The position numbers were made by a program, and so were the translations under genes. From positions 23,560,001 through 23,624,000 of the forward strand of contig CM106585.1 in NCBI GenBank assembly GCA_048013815.1: a DNA stretch of 64,000 nt. The letters run 5' to 3'. Position 1 is the stretch's first letter. Every line of letters begins with the position of its first letter. The DNA comes from Setoptus koraiensis (lineage: Eukaryota; Animalia; Arthropoda). A model generated the notes under the pieces. It saw only the letters and a program-made list of their open reading frames with translations, was not told where the DNA came from and did no database searches. Shown here in pieces: positions 1 to 13,459 of this stretch.

Positions 1-2507
1 TGTTGTTGTTGTTGTTGTTGTTGTTTTGGTAGCCCTTGGTGGAACCATAGGCACCATCGACACCTCCGTTCATTGCGCCATTCATAGGAACATTATCCAT
101 CATTCTGGAGGGCGCGTTTGCGCGATTCTGTGGCATCATCATCGAGTTGGCCGACATATCGTTCATTGGCTGTTGCATCATAACTGGTGCTTGCTGCGGT
201 GCCCCCATCATCATCTGACCTCTCATTGGCATATCCAAACCGGAAGCGGGGCCCTCGCTCTGTTGTTGTTGCTGTTGCTGATTACTCATTGCACCTGAGT
301 CGCCGCTGTCAGGTAGAGAGTAACCGGGCGTTGTGTTGGGCCCGGACATGTCTGCGCCTCGTGGCGATTGCATCTGTTGCTGTTGTTGGGCGTCATTGGG
401 GCCGCCCATCATCATTTCGTTGGGGCCCATCATTGCGTTTGCTTGAGGTCGCGTTGACGGCGACCCGTAATTGCCGGTGACGGCCATTCCGTTGCCCATC
501 ATTGCAGCACCATTTGAAGCTTGATTTTTATCAGTGAGAATGGCGTCCAATGCTGCCGACATGATTGCCTTCATCATCTTCTTATTAGTCTTGTCCATTG
601 TCATTCTAGCGCCGGCCGGTATATCGGCACCCTCATAGCTTGCAGTGGAACCGTAATTAGTTGGCATGGTCGTGGTCATCGGTTGCTGCTGCTGCTGCTG
701 TTGCTGTTGTTGTTGCTGTTGAGCATCTTCGTTTTGCGATTGTATGGCCGCACTCATCATTATTGGCATCATTCTGGCCATCATAGCCGCATCAATCATA
801 ACTCCACCTGGTGACGTAATCATATTGGTGTTACCACCCAATGATGTTGTTGGTGTCATCATCATCATTCCCCGTTGATAGGGCGTCATCTTTTGGTTGT
901 TGTTGTTGTTGTTGCTCTGTTGCAACATCATTTTCTTGTATTGCATGGCGGTATTTTTCATCATTGTGGCACCTCCATTGGCCTTCAATATGTTAGTTAG
1001 CATTGCGTTTACCATTGCCGGCGACATTTTCTGACCATTTTGGCCTCCGTTCGCGCCCATACCATATCTAGCATTGCCGTTGCGTTGATTGCCGTTGCCC
1101 ATCGGTTGTTGTTGTTGCTGCTGCTGTTGAATAGCGGCCATCATAGGCATACTTGGGCTTGTTGCATCATTTTGAGCTTGTCTACCATAATTCATGCCTC
1201 GCATATTCATGAGTGAATTTTGGGCACGCGACACCTTCTGTCCGAAGGCCATATTGTTTGTTCTACCCATAACAGGACTCATACCATTGAGGCCCCCATT
1301 ATTGGCAGCGTTCATCATCATGGTGGCGGCCATTGCTGTTGCTAACAATTTTTGCTGTTGTTGATATTTGGCCATTCTAGCCGGTGTCATTTGGCTCATT
1401 TGGTTGGGCAAATTATTATTATAATTATTGTTGCCCTGTCCATTATTACCGTTGTCTTCGCCGCCCATCGCCGGTGTGGTCAATTGGTCTTGCTGTTGTT
1501 GTTGTTGTTGCTGCTGACCATTGTTGCTGCCGTTGTTGTCCTCTTGGCCGTCATTGTTCTGCTGCCTGTTGCTTGGATAGTCCCCGTTGTTGGCTGGTCC
1601 CATTGTCGACGTCATACCGTTATCTTGCGGTGACTGGGCATAGTTTGCATTGTTGTTGTTGTTGTTGTTCATTCTCATTGCTTGCATCATGGCCATTGGC
1701 TTCATTAGGCCACTCGGTGAGTTTCCGTACGAGTTCATGCCTCTCATCATCGAAGCCATGGCCATTGATTTGCCAAGCGGATTCATTTGTTGACTAGTGT
1801 CCCTGTCGAGCTGATTGTTACCGTTGTTGGCCTCTTGCTGTTGGCCATTTGGCGTCTGTTGTTGTTCATTGATTGTCATACCGTTGCCCTTAGAAGATCG
1901 TTGCTGGTCTGGTTGTTGTTGTTGTGGCTGCTGCTGTTGTTGTTGCGCATTGCCGGCATAATTATCGCCAACACCGTTGAGACCACCACCATCTGTTAAT
2001 TGGGCGCCATTCATACGTTTGCGCGGCATCGATTGACCGCTCAAAATAGCGCTTGGACTGGCCAAGTTGCCGTTAGACGGAGTGGACATCATTGACATGG
2101 CCGACATTGTTCTGTCGCCATAAGAAGCTGTGTCCTTATCTACGGGCCCCACTAGAGCATCCTCCATTGATTTGCCATCGAGAGCGTCTCTAAACGCTCT
2201 GGTCTCACTGTAGGCCGACAGGGCTTTTGGCGATGCATTACACAATAGTGCTGCATACACAAATGACAATTAATTTGCATGATCAACAACAACGTGTCAA
2301 TTTGTGTTATTATGTGTGTTAATCGTGAGCAGCAGACGACGAATTGTGTTGTTAGTTACATTACATGAGATTGTATCATTTATCTTGGAATCATGTCAAG
2401 ATATATAACAGAGCAAGCTTTCTATCATGACATAGAGCAATGCATTAGTGAACGGACTTACCGGCAAAAAGGAGCCACACTGGCACAATGTAATAATGAC
2501 AAAGCAT
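1..2507 (-). CDS. Secreted low-complexity Met/Asn/Gln/Gly-rich protein, 3' partial (>760 aa). Exons 2507-2462 and 2250-<1.
   Basis: Exon 1 encodes MLCHYYIVPVWLLFA and ends at a G|GTAAGT donor (2461). A 211-nt intron ends at TGCAG (2251-2252). The phase-1 join gives ...WLLFAALLCNASPKALSAYSETRAFRD, a signal peptide. I translated most segments of the frame down to base 1 (...DGAYGSTKGYQNNNN) and found no stop. The ORF track omits it because no stop lies inside the window. Confidence 0.85.
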
Positions 2508-4722
2508 TGTTGTTGGTTGACTATATTGACAATTGTCCACTTGGACTCTTCGCAAAACTCTTCGCTAGTTCGAATGCTCGATTGCAACAATCACTTTTTT
2601 CAATATATCACTGTATGGCTCAAACACACTTTCAAGCTCAACGTGTGCGAGCGTGTGTCAGGGAGATTAAATGATGATTGGTTGTATTGTTGCTGCTGAC
2701 AGGCCAGATATCGGATGGGTCACGACCAAGCTTGTCTCTCAGGTCTGTCAGTAATTGTTACTGTCCTGTCTTTGTGTTATTGCTGCTGATGATGTATGAT
2801 GTAATATCAATTTGCAATAATGTAACGTACAGTAATAATTGTTATATAACAGTAATAATGAGTCATAAGCGAGAGAGAGAGAGATAGAAGAGGTTTTGTA
2901 TTGGGATTAATAATAAGCACTAATGCAAACGTTAACGATCACTGGGCCCAGACGGACAGATAATGCGCCAGTCAGACAATATTAGCTAATAATTGGATGT
3001 TATGTTGAACTTGGCACATTGGGCAATAGTTAGAATGGTACTGGATGGCCAATATTCTGAGCTGGCTACCGAGATGAAACCGGCGAGCGGGGAAGGGCAA
3101 ATCAAACTACAAAAGATGACTAATGACTACAGGCGGCCAGGTAAAAGTTTATAAGTGCAAGTGCAAGCAGTGAGCGAGTGAGCATCTCTTTGCATGTCAC
3201 GCCAAATCAATCGATTGCGAAGCTCGCTGTTGCTTTTCATAAAGTGGCCATTATGCGAGACATTGGCACACGGGGCCAGGAGGAAATGAACAAAAGCAGC
3301 GTGCAACAAATGCAACAATTTTTCGTGCTCATTACAGAGCGAGAGTGAGAGAAATTTACAATATCCCGTTAAAGAGTTGCATAAACTAACTACCTTGTTG
3401 TTGTTGTTGTTGTTGTTGCTGTTGCGACGAGTGTGGTGTGCGATACAATGCAGAGAACAAAGTGTTAGACTTGATTCAGTGTAACAATGCTGATGACCAT
3501 AACTATGAATATATCCTAAACGATCGATGGCCACACCGTGGCTATCACACACAAACAAAGTGTTGCTAGGTGTAAGTGAGTCTTGATATAGATTAGTTTC
3601 GGCTTGTCGTTTGCGATTAACTTTTGGACGAGCTTTTCCACAAACAGCTCAGCGCATATCTAATGAGGAGCGTCGAATTTTCTACACTTTGATATTAGTG
3701 CTGTGGTTGTTGTTGTTGTTGTTGTCGTTATGGTTGATGGTCAGCACTACTGTTGCCGCTGCCGATTATGAAGACGACGCCGGTGTTGTTGCTTGTGGCG
3801 ATCGGCGGTACAGTTGTAGTTGCTTGAATGAGTTGCGCTGCTTTCGATTTTATCTGCTCTATCAGGCGATGAGTTTCGTTTTAAACCATCACTTAACTAA
3901 CTCTAACTAAATCACTTTGCCTAACACACTAAACTAAATTAAATGAATGTTGCTCATGGTAAGATGGTGATGATATGTTGTTTGGTTGTTGATGGAAGGA
4001 AGCCGACATAAGCAATGATCTGATATTTTATTGGCGCGATCACTTTTATACTACAATCGCGGCGCGTACGCTAAAGCGCTAACCAACTGTTTTTGGTGGT
4101 CGCATAGTCGGCTATTCGTTGTGTGTAAGTAGGCAGCTGTATGTTGTTACATAAGTTTTAGGTGAACAGATATAGGAAGGCGAATAGGCGAAAGTGAGGA
4201 AAATAAATAAATTAAGAGAGCGAGCGCTAAAATAAAAAGCGACGCGACGCCAACATTGTGGGGCATTGTCGAGACACTTACAACTGGCTCAACTGGTTAA
4301 ACTACCTGTTGAGCTTGATATGTGTGCTGTTGACTAAGGTTGATCCGCTCATGCGCTACAACAGGTAGTGGTCGCAGTGCCGGCAACAACAGCGACAGCA
4401 TTATTCAAATTTCTTACACCATCTTGTAGGCTGCGGCTTGCCAGTTTGTTAGGATACAAACAGACAGATTGCAACAGATCACATCAAAGCAGATCAGACA
4501 GGCCATTGTGTGTTCGGTGCGGCTTGCGTTCGAAATTCGTAATTCAGTTTTATTTCTAAAACTTGACAGCTCGACTAATGAACTATGTCCAATGGCCATG
4601 CCCATCTTTTGCCGGCGCCACACACACACACTCGAGCGTGAGTTACGTGATATATGGCTGATATGTGGACAAAGTGAACGAATCCATCTAAATTGCTAAA
4701 CACACATAGTCGCCTCCCTCAC

Positions 4723-4820
4723 CTGGCTCGCTCGTTACATCGGCCCGCTCGTTACATCGGCCCGCTCGTTACATCGGCCCGCTCGTTACACCGGCTCGCT
4801 CGTTACATTGGCTCTCTCGT
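4723..4820. repeat. 17-bp minisatellite, about 5 copies (GCTCGTTACATCGGCCC)
   Basis: Three identical units at 4730, 4747 and 4764, then two degenerate units at 4781 and 4798. Confidence 0.95.
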
Positions 4821-5646
4821 TCTGGCTGGCGAGCCGAGTGGGCACGCAGAGGGCGGCAATCGATAGTTGGCGCGGACAGCGCCGGCTCGCTGCAACAGAG
4901 GGCAGATCGGCCATTCATCTAGTTATCATCCGTTATTGGTTGAGCTGTTGGTGCCACATTACTAGCTCTATCTGTACGCTCGGCTAATCTGATAAAGCAA
5001 ATTAACCCAGTGAAGGGGCAGGCGAGCAGCGCCGATATGGAAATGACCAAAATGAATGATTAATTGTCAAGTTAGTTCCTAAAACAGCTTGTTCACCTGT
5101 CACATTCGATCACTTCAAGTCGCTGTCCAATGCTGTGTTTCCCCCTTGTTGCAACATTGTTGTTGTCAATGACCAACACGCAATTGCTATCAGGGGCAAT
5201 TATTTTGTTTTCTTGTGCCCGCTCTGCTGCGTTTGTCGCCCCCTCGCCCTCACTCGCCACTCTTCTTCTGATCTTAATCAAATCGTAGATTCATAAAAGA
5301 AAGCAATAATTAGCTGACCTGTCTAATTCTGATTATATCGCCTGTTTGTGTGATATGCAAATCTATTGTGCATTATCACCATTTACACATAACATAGTTG
5401 AAACATAGCGAACATCCTCGCTGCGCGATATTGCCATTGCTGTATGCACATTGATAGTATTGATTGTATTGAATATCATCAAACTTTCACTGTCTAATTA
5501 TGATTTATTTACATACACGGTGTTGGGCCTGGTCAGTCACTCAATCAGCTGGTCGGTCAGTCAATCGGACAGTCAGTCAGTCAGTGTTGACTCGCAACTG
5601 TGACTCCGACAACTCACAATTGTCAGTTAGTCAGTGTGTGTGTGTC

Positions 5647-5683
5647 TAGACTGTATAATATAGAGTCTATAGTATACAGTCTA
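5647..5683. repeat. Near-perfect 37-nt palindrome
   Basis: TAGACTGTATA-A-TATAGA-G-TCTATA-G-TATACAGTCTA. Confidence 0.85.
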
Positions 5684-5916
5684 TATTGTAGACTCAAGTG
5701 AAAAGAAATAACAAAAAAGTTGTGCATAATGCTGTTACTGCTCATTAATAAGATTATTAGCATTCAATAAGCATATCGCATATGAAACTGTCTATAAAAC
5801 GACAGTGACAGTGGATGGATTTTTTAGTTTTAGAAGTTTAACCTTGAATGAGACTTGTGCCACTTTAGACAGCGCCATAACTCACTACTTCACTTTCACT
5901 TAACATTGCTGTTGTT

Positions 5917-5955
5917 CACTGCCAACAAATAACAAATAATAATTTGTTGGCAGTG
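5917..5955. repeat. Inverted repeat with a 14-bp perfect stem and 11-nt loop
   Basis: CACTGCCAACAAAT ... ATTTGTTGGCAGTG. Confidence 0.85.
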
Positions 5956-8601
5956 TCGATTTTGTGTTCTTATGTCTAAACAAATTAACTCATCAATGTT
6001 TATTGCGTCACAATTGCAATTAAACAACCACAATGGCCTGTCGAGCTAACAGAAGCACACTACACTAGCACTGCTAACAGTGTGCAAACCAGTAGGTGGT
6101 AGCTGAGTTTACAATGGGATAAAAAATAGATTTGTGTTCATTTGAATAATAACAAACAAGCTTAATAACTTGTTGCACCAGTATGCACAACAAGTGTGTG
6201 CGTGTTTGCATTGGTCATCGAGTTTACAATTATTAGCTTAAGCTGGTTATTAAATTAACAGCACTTGTTGACACATCTCAATCAACACACACACTAATTT
6301 AATGAATTGGCCTTACTTGTTCATCTAAATATACCAGCGGCAAGATTGTTTAAAAGTATGCAAAAGCTGCTTGAAATTTCTCCGAAATAAATAACAATTT
6401 TCCATGAGCGTCTGCAGTGTGTCTGTCATTAGTTGGTCAACGTAATTAAACATTGAACAAGCAGGCTCATTAGAAGTCATGGCGAGCTGGTCAAGAGCAA
6501 GCGGTCATAACTCAACCTCAGCTAGTGCCGAGATTGATCCGTCTTACTGTGTGCTCTATTTGATTTTTCTTGAGTCTTCATTCGTGATTCGTCTCCGTCT
6601 GTTGGCTCTAGCTAGGTCGGAGAGAAACACTTTGTTTGTCTCTGTGTCGCGCATTTTGAAACAAACTTCAATCAACTCTCGCTGGCGATCCAAAACTGGT
6701 GACCCTTTGGAATGTTTGAAAACTTCTTTCAATCTTCTTATTCACACTTGTGTGACATATTCATACCGCTATCCATCTGCTCATCGGCAGCAACTTTTTG
6801 TCCCATTGTTCTTCTCCAGCTGGTCACTATGGCAATCATAAAAAACAGTCGAATAACTGTCTTTCACAACTGGCCAACCAATGGTCATCTCATGCGGCCA
6901 TCGATGGGCACTCACAAACACACAAATGGAGGGCCAATGGACGGTAAAAAATTAAATCTGCATAAAATTAGTTCAGCCAACTTACATTTCATTTGATCAA
7001 TCTATCCGATGTCCATATGATCGGGCCTTGAATGATGATAGGCCTGGTGCGCTGGTCTACATAAATTAATGACATCAGTACATTGGCAACTGTGCACTCC
7101 GCTACAAATCACCTGCTGCTTTCCAATCAAATTTGCTGGCTTTCTTTTTTCCCCGTTCTCTTGTTCAGACAACACTTCCTAGACAACAATATTACCATCA
7201 TCTGGATATACCATTCATCGATACACTATTCGCAGGACTTATCGATATACAAGTATTTGCCCTCAAATATCGGCTAGTTGATACTAACTAACATGGAATA
7301 ACTGCAAACAATTGCAGTGTACGATTACATCACAAACAATTGCATAACAAAGACTCTGTTGTCTGCGCGAGCTAATCAAATCCGCTCTACTTTACCAATT
7401 ATTTGACTCTTGCTACTACCGCTGGTCAATATTTGACTTGTATTGGTCAAGCACAGTGTGTACGATATTGTCTAACTGACCATATGTAACAATACAATAA
7501 GTCAAACGACGAATATGACGACAAATAAGGATATTCGGCTCGTGTTTTGTAGTTATTGACCCTATTGATGGCCATTTGTTTAGCACTGGTCGTTTTGTTT
7601 GGGCGCAATCTCACTACGATCACTTTGATGCGTGCACCATCATTACCGGGCTACTACATTTGCATAACCTGGCATTAGGGCATCTCATTTCGGGTCAAGT
7701 TTGATCCAAGCGATTGTAGATTGGAGTTAGAGAAGTAGTCAAACATCGACGACATTATCTCACTGACTGTTAGTTAGTAAGTATATGGCGGTCGACCTTC
7801 GTTTGCATTTACGTACCAGTAGTGTTCGTACCCGGTTATGTACTTCTGTTTGAAATTGTTAGCGAAATCTGTGACACAATTCAGAGCTCTTTTTTGATCC
7901 GATAGTAAGTGCACCTTGGGTGGGGCACGCACCCTGAGATATCCGTTTGAGTTCATTCATCAATATGCCAATATCACTAATTGGATATAGACGAAAATTT
8001 TTCAACTATCAAGTCACGGCTAAAACGTCCAAAGTCTAGCTACCTCTACTATCGGCAGCAATCGGAAGCAAAGTCAGCCGGTCAGCTGGCCAACAAACTT
8101 AGGTGCGATGACCAGCTAGTCCAGTTATGGTATTTATAAAAAGCTAGATGCCAACAGCGCACAACCCGTCTTTTCAAGAGATGATGGCTTTCTCAACAAG
8201 CTTCGACTCTTTCAAGCCCCGATTGATGTTCTTATCGATCGTTTTTGGACATCCAAATGAACCAATACTCTCACGTTGTATGTGTTGCGTAAGCCATGGC
8301 CACAACAAAACAACAAGCATTCTTCGAATTTTGACTTTTTGTTCTTCTCACTTTTGTTATTGTTTCTATTATGGCATTTATGTTCGTCTAAGTTAGTGAG
8401 TGAGTGTATGTTTGTTATCTATTCTGCTATTGGATTCCTCACGTTAATGCAACTTTTAAAATCAACGCAACAACAAACTTATGAAACAACAACAACAAAA
8501 CTTTCATTACTTGATTAGTTACATCATATTTGATGATTAGTTCCGTCATTCTACCACTACTTCTCGTCATCACTTCATATCCATATCCACGTTCATATCT
8601 A

Positions 8602-8640
8602 CTTATTATTATTATAACTATTATTATTATTATTATTATA
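8602..8640. repeat. (ATT)n microsatellite, imperfect
   Basis: Direct reading of the sequence. Confidence 0.85.
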
Positions 8641-11600
8641 CTTTGCTTACACACATACATACCGAAAAATAATAATAATCATAACAGATCAAAACTTCAA
8701 CGTTCGCTCATACACCACAAAACAAGAGCGAATGATGATTAATAAGAGATTTCTTTAGTTTTGTTATCATCATCAAAATTGGCAATTATAATTTTCTCAG
8801 CTCTAGTTGTAAGTTTCGCTTACTCACAACAAATAAAATCATTCACGTAATACCAATTGCTATCACTACATATTCCTGTGCTATACTTGATATATTTGAT
8901 CTTGTCATTTTTGTCTTCGTGTTACCAGTTGTTGTCTTCTTGTTATCCAATGTGCAATCTGTTATGCCCTGTCTAGACTGACCATCAGTTCATGTTTATA
9001 TCTCGCCTACAACAAATGAGTGATGTTAGTTTAGTTGTTGTTATGAATGTATAACAACTAAATAACTGTATGTATACAAGACGCTAAAAGCGAGAGTTGT
9101 TCCTTATTTGAACGACGACTAACCCTAACTCTAGTGGTCATAGTAGTTATCATGATGATGAAGAAATGATTTGCATATGCTGTATAATATATCTCATAGC
9201 AGTAACGAGATCAACCACTGCTGATCGTGTCATGTTGGGCACAACATCATACATGAACATATACTTCGATTCATAAGTTACGTGATCCAGTTCAATTGAC
9301 GGGCAAACCATACAAATGAATATAAAAATATATTTCGCAGAGCTCCATCTCCTTAATTTTGTGTATTTAATTTGTTCCTTCTTCTTTCAATATGAACCAA
9401 TTCAATTGATAATGTCCGCTCGAATAAACTATAGCAAGAGATATAATCAACTAGCGAAAATGAGACAATTTGCTTTCAACAAACATGCTAAATGATAGAT
9501 TCGTTTGTTTCATGTTAGCCAAATAAAATCATTGTATTGATTGTTGAAATTCATATGTATCCTGATTTCTGAATGCCATCTGTTTTTGGATATGCTCGTC
9601 AGTTTGACCATTGTCTTGCACCGCTTGCATTGATGAGTATAATAATGAGCAATTCAATTATCTAACCCCCATAAACAACATATTGTGTTATTAAGCTGCG
9701 TATGAGTTAGCTTAAGCTCATCTGATGGATGATCAATCAGTTGATCACCTGGACTGATCAATGTAATTTAATTTGTTTCACCTGACAACAAACGTTGGTG
9801 TGTGTCTGATTGATCGAGCAAGTGTTCAAAGGCAAAAAAGTGATTGTTCTCACCCATAGTTACCCCTAAGTCACGATTGGGACACAATCGATATCAAATG
9901 AGCAATGATTAATTCAATGTCATCTTGATAACTGTGATTGAGGGCCAGGTACATTAGGAGGGAGAAACAGAGAGCAATTTGTAATCTGTTGTAATTTGAG
10001 AGGATTTGTTGATAGCATAAGCAAATATTATTCTAGATGGTGTGCACAACAATTTCGAACGAGCATAAATCATGAACACAATTGAACGCATTCGCGTTTC
10101 GAAACCTGCTCTCAGAGACCCATAATGATCTCTATTCAATTGCTAATTGTGATTCCAATGGCACAAATAAGAAAGGAAGATAAAATCATATGTGATCGTC
10201 AATCATGGGAGTGAGACCATTTATGCCATCAACAGCATAGTGAGAACACCTTTGCTGGTACGATTTATGTATAATATCTATTTCACAATATCACCTGTTT
10301 GAACTATTTCCTTCTGTGGTGTAATGATGTATGCTAATTGATTTGGAATAATAATTCATAATCAATTTGTCTTTAAGGTCTTGCAAAAATTTCTTAGTTC
10401 TGGGCACAAATCGCTGTGGCCAGTCTCGCTCGCCAGATCTCTGTTTGTGCACTATTGTTGCCACGTTCGAGTTTGGTTTTGTCTTGTTTTATCAGTGATA
10501 CAGTTTCCATTATGAACCAATCATCGAAGCCATTGTTCTCGGTAGCTAGCTTTGCCATAAGATTTGCAAACGAAATTCTCATGCACCGTAAGCATGTAAT
10601 GATCCAATAAGCTAAGACCATTGTTGATGTTTGAATTGTTCTTCTGCAAACACACTTGTCGAAACTTATTTTCTCCTTAATTTAACTCTTATTTGGGCAA
10701 TAGCGATGATTAATAATTTCTAATGAGATTTTTGGATAAGCAGTGCTTGGGTTTAATAAGTTATTTGAAGAAGAAAAAAGAAATAAATCTTTGTGCAAAC
10801 AACAATAGGTGTCATTTTTGGTGGTATCTATCATTTTTCTTGATCAGTCCTCGCAACTTGATGATCTCGGGTGGTGATGCTATATCCTGAAATAATAAAA
10901 CAAAAGTAATGGCAACCTCTAGTCAGATTGGATTGTTTTAACAACAATTAATTGAGAGCTGATGTTATCTTGCCTGGAAGTCCTTGGATAGGGTAATATA
11001 ATGATGATATTTGCATGAGTTACCAATGGTTCATTACTTAATAAATCAAAACTGTTTAATATTTATTAAACAGTTTACTATTATTAATATTTATGTTGCG
11101 AGCACTTAATTAAGTTTGACAAACTCACCAAACAATAATGCACAGATTTACTTTAGATGTTTGGTAAGGTCGCATATCTCTTGCAAGGTCAGGAGGCCAG
11201 TTCATCGATTTAACGACTGGTAAATTATTGAGAGCACTAACGAAGGTTACACACCTAAAAACGATCAGCAAATGAGGCCAGTTCGACGGCCACAGTTTCG
11301 AATTTATTGTGTTTCGCCCAACGTCTACAAAATGGCGTCGGAGTTATTGAGAGAATAGAATTGTTGCATGATTATATTAACATGAACCAACGAGCACCGA
11401 TTACATGAGAAATGCGCCCCCTCATAAATTCGGTCTTATATAGAAAATCGAACTTTTCATTTTGGGGGCTTCGTGGACAGGGGCTGGGGTGAAAGTATGG
11501 CAAATGATGGCAAGACATAAATTACATTTTGTGTCAGGATTGTATATTTTTTTGAAGAAACCTGTAATTATAAATAACTAGATATAAATATAAATTGTTA

Positions 11601-12087
11601 TCGAACTATTCTGGCCCACCGAACTTTTCATGATTTTTGTACAGCTAATGCTGTCGTAACTTTCGAACTTTTTAACCATACCAAAACACACGAAAGCTGC
11701 TCCGTGTGGCTGTGAGTGTGTTTTTGTATATGATTAGCACACATTTCTACACATGCACCGAGTTCATCGTGTGCTTTTGTGCGCTTCTCTAAAGGGACGT
11801 GCTTTTGTGAGTTCGGCCGTTAGTTCAGCGACCAGCATCCTGCGTCCCATTGTGGTGACCACAAGGTGCTTGTGTAGCAGGGCACAATAGACTTTCTGTT
11901 CTTTATTCCATTTGTTGCTACAACTGGGGCGACTCGGCGAACCCGCAAATATGTAGTATCACCATATGAGGATGAAATCAATTTGAAGGCCAGCCTATTT
12001 CCATTCCAGCTATGAGGCAATGTAACACAGTCAAATCCATCAGCATCTGATGTTTCTTTGGAATGAGGATTCTATTGTCTCGACGAT

Positions 12088-13287
12088 ATGACGACTGACG
12101 AACAGATGGAGCAGCCCACCACACAATCTCATTCTCTTGGGGATGTTTCCAAGATTAGAAGCAAGTTATTCAAATATCTCAAAGCTGTCACGAATCGAAG
12201 CTGGCTTCCCCTTCTATTCGGCTACATTATATTGTTTGTTACCTACCAATACGTGAAATATTCCAATAATTTGAAACGCCTCAGACCCTCTGGATTTTTG
12301 TCATTGAGAAAATTCCAGGGGCCGTCGAATGAGTTCATTCCAACATATGATCAAGTCTCGGATACAATACTACAATCCACAATATCAGACCGGTACAGCC
12401 TACTAAACATTTGTCTCTTGACACTAATCCAGAGTTATGCCTTATATCGTCTCCACCAACGGCTACAATTCTGGGACAAATTATACGCCAGAGAAAATGA
12501 GCTTGCACAAAAGCAATCACTTTGGTGGAAATATGTTCATGAAATAATGCGAAGAGAATGCCCGAAAACCGCCTCAGTCGCTGATCAAAATGCTATCGTA
12601 AGCCCAGAGAGATTCTTGTCAACCAAGATCTCGCTTAACAAAACGAAAGTGGGTACAATTTTAATCATGAGCCTGTATTGTTTAATTTCCAAAGTAATGG
12701 TTGATAATTTTAAGGAAATCGACGCCGAATCAGGAAAACATCATACTATAAACAAGACCATTAACCTTGGCTGTCTGCTCTGGATTTATCTATCTTTAAT
12801 CATACTATTTATGATAATCAGAGACTTAAATAAACATTTAACAAAATCGCGTGCAGAGGCGTCGAAATTATGGTCAGATTCCAACTTCAATCAACAAAAT
12901 TGTGAGCCTATTCAAAATTCAAGAAAGAACGAAGACTCTCATACTAAATACCGACGATGGCTCTCTAATTTGTCGAGAAGCGTACGCACTATCAAAAAGA
13001 TCAAGATGAAAGGTTTTTTTGCCTTCTGCGTACCGAGACAAGGTGATGGCGAAAACCAAAAAAGAACTAATAAGCACAATGCACCCTCTGCAAGAAACAC
13101 TAACCAGTTGAGTTCATCTTTGACGGAAACTATCAAACGCAAGTCACAAGAAACAATATTCAGAATAACGAGATTTATGGAAACTATGGAATATATAGTC
13201 TTGCTAACAGTAAACAATTTGATGACCCCCGAGGATCCATCTGATATCAGTAGCTCTGGACCAAGGCCCATTAAGATGAATAGCTGA
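12088..13287 (+). CDS. Uncharacterised intronless multi-pass membrane protein, 399 aa
   Basis: ATG-initiated 1200-nt ORF of complex sequence. It has about four hydrophobic helices (WLPLLFGYIILFVTYQYV; YSLLNICLLTLIQSYALY; VGTILIMSLYCLISKVMV; INLGCLLWIYLSLIILFMII) and a long basic C-terminal tail. No family recognised. Confidence 0.7.
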   Translation: MTTDEQMEQPTTQSHSLGDVSKIRSKLFKYLKAVTNRSWLPLLFGYIILFVTYQYVKYSNNLKRLRPSGFLSLRKFQGPSNEFIPTYDQVSDTILQSTISDRYSLLNICLLTLIQSYALYRLHQRLQFWDKLYARENELAQKQSLWWKYVHEIMRRECPKTASVADQNAIVSPERFLSTKISLNKTKVGTILIMSLYCLISKVMVDNFKEIDAESGKHHTINKTINLGCLLWIYLSLIILFMIIRDLNKHLTKSRAEASKLWSDSNFNQQNCEPIQNSRKNEDSHTKYRRWLSNLSRSVRTIKKIKMKGFFAFCVPRQGDGENQKRTNKHNAPSARNTNQLSSSLTETIKRKSQETIFRITRFMETMEYIVLLTVNNLMTPEDPSDISSSGPRPIKMNS

Positions 13288-13459
13288 TAAGATAACTGAT
13301 GGTGAACTTAAGCGGATTGTTTATTTATTTTGTTCGAGACATTTATCGCATCCTTTGAAAGGGAACAAACATTGTAGTATAGATCTCATATATCAAATTG
13401 ATTCATTATAAAACTTGTAATTTTACGGATTTGCTGTGTCAGTCAAAACAGATTGCCAA

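Noticed and set aside
26-1999. Plus-strand poly-L/V/C ORFs
   Set aside because: They are antisense shadows of the CAA/AAC-rich minus-strand CDS.
10394-11255. Possible minus-strand exons (VTFVSALNNLPVVKSMNWPPDLARDMRPYQTSK; DIASPPEIIKLRG...; the ORF at 10394-10621)
   Set aside because: Splice signals are plausible, but I could not build a coherent start-to-stop model or recognise any homology.
11815-11890. GGCCGTTAGTTCAGCG resembles a tRNA 5' end/A-box
   Set aside because: No B-box, no cloverleaf and no acceptor-stem partner.
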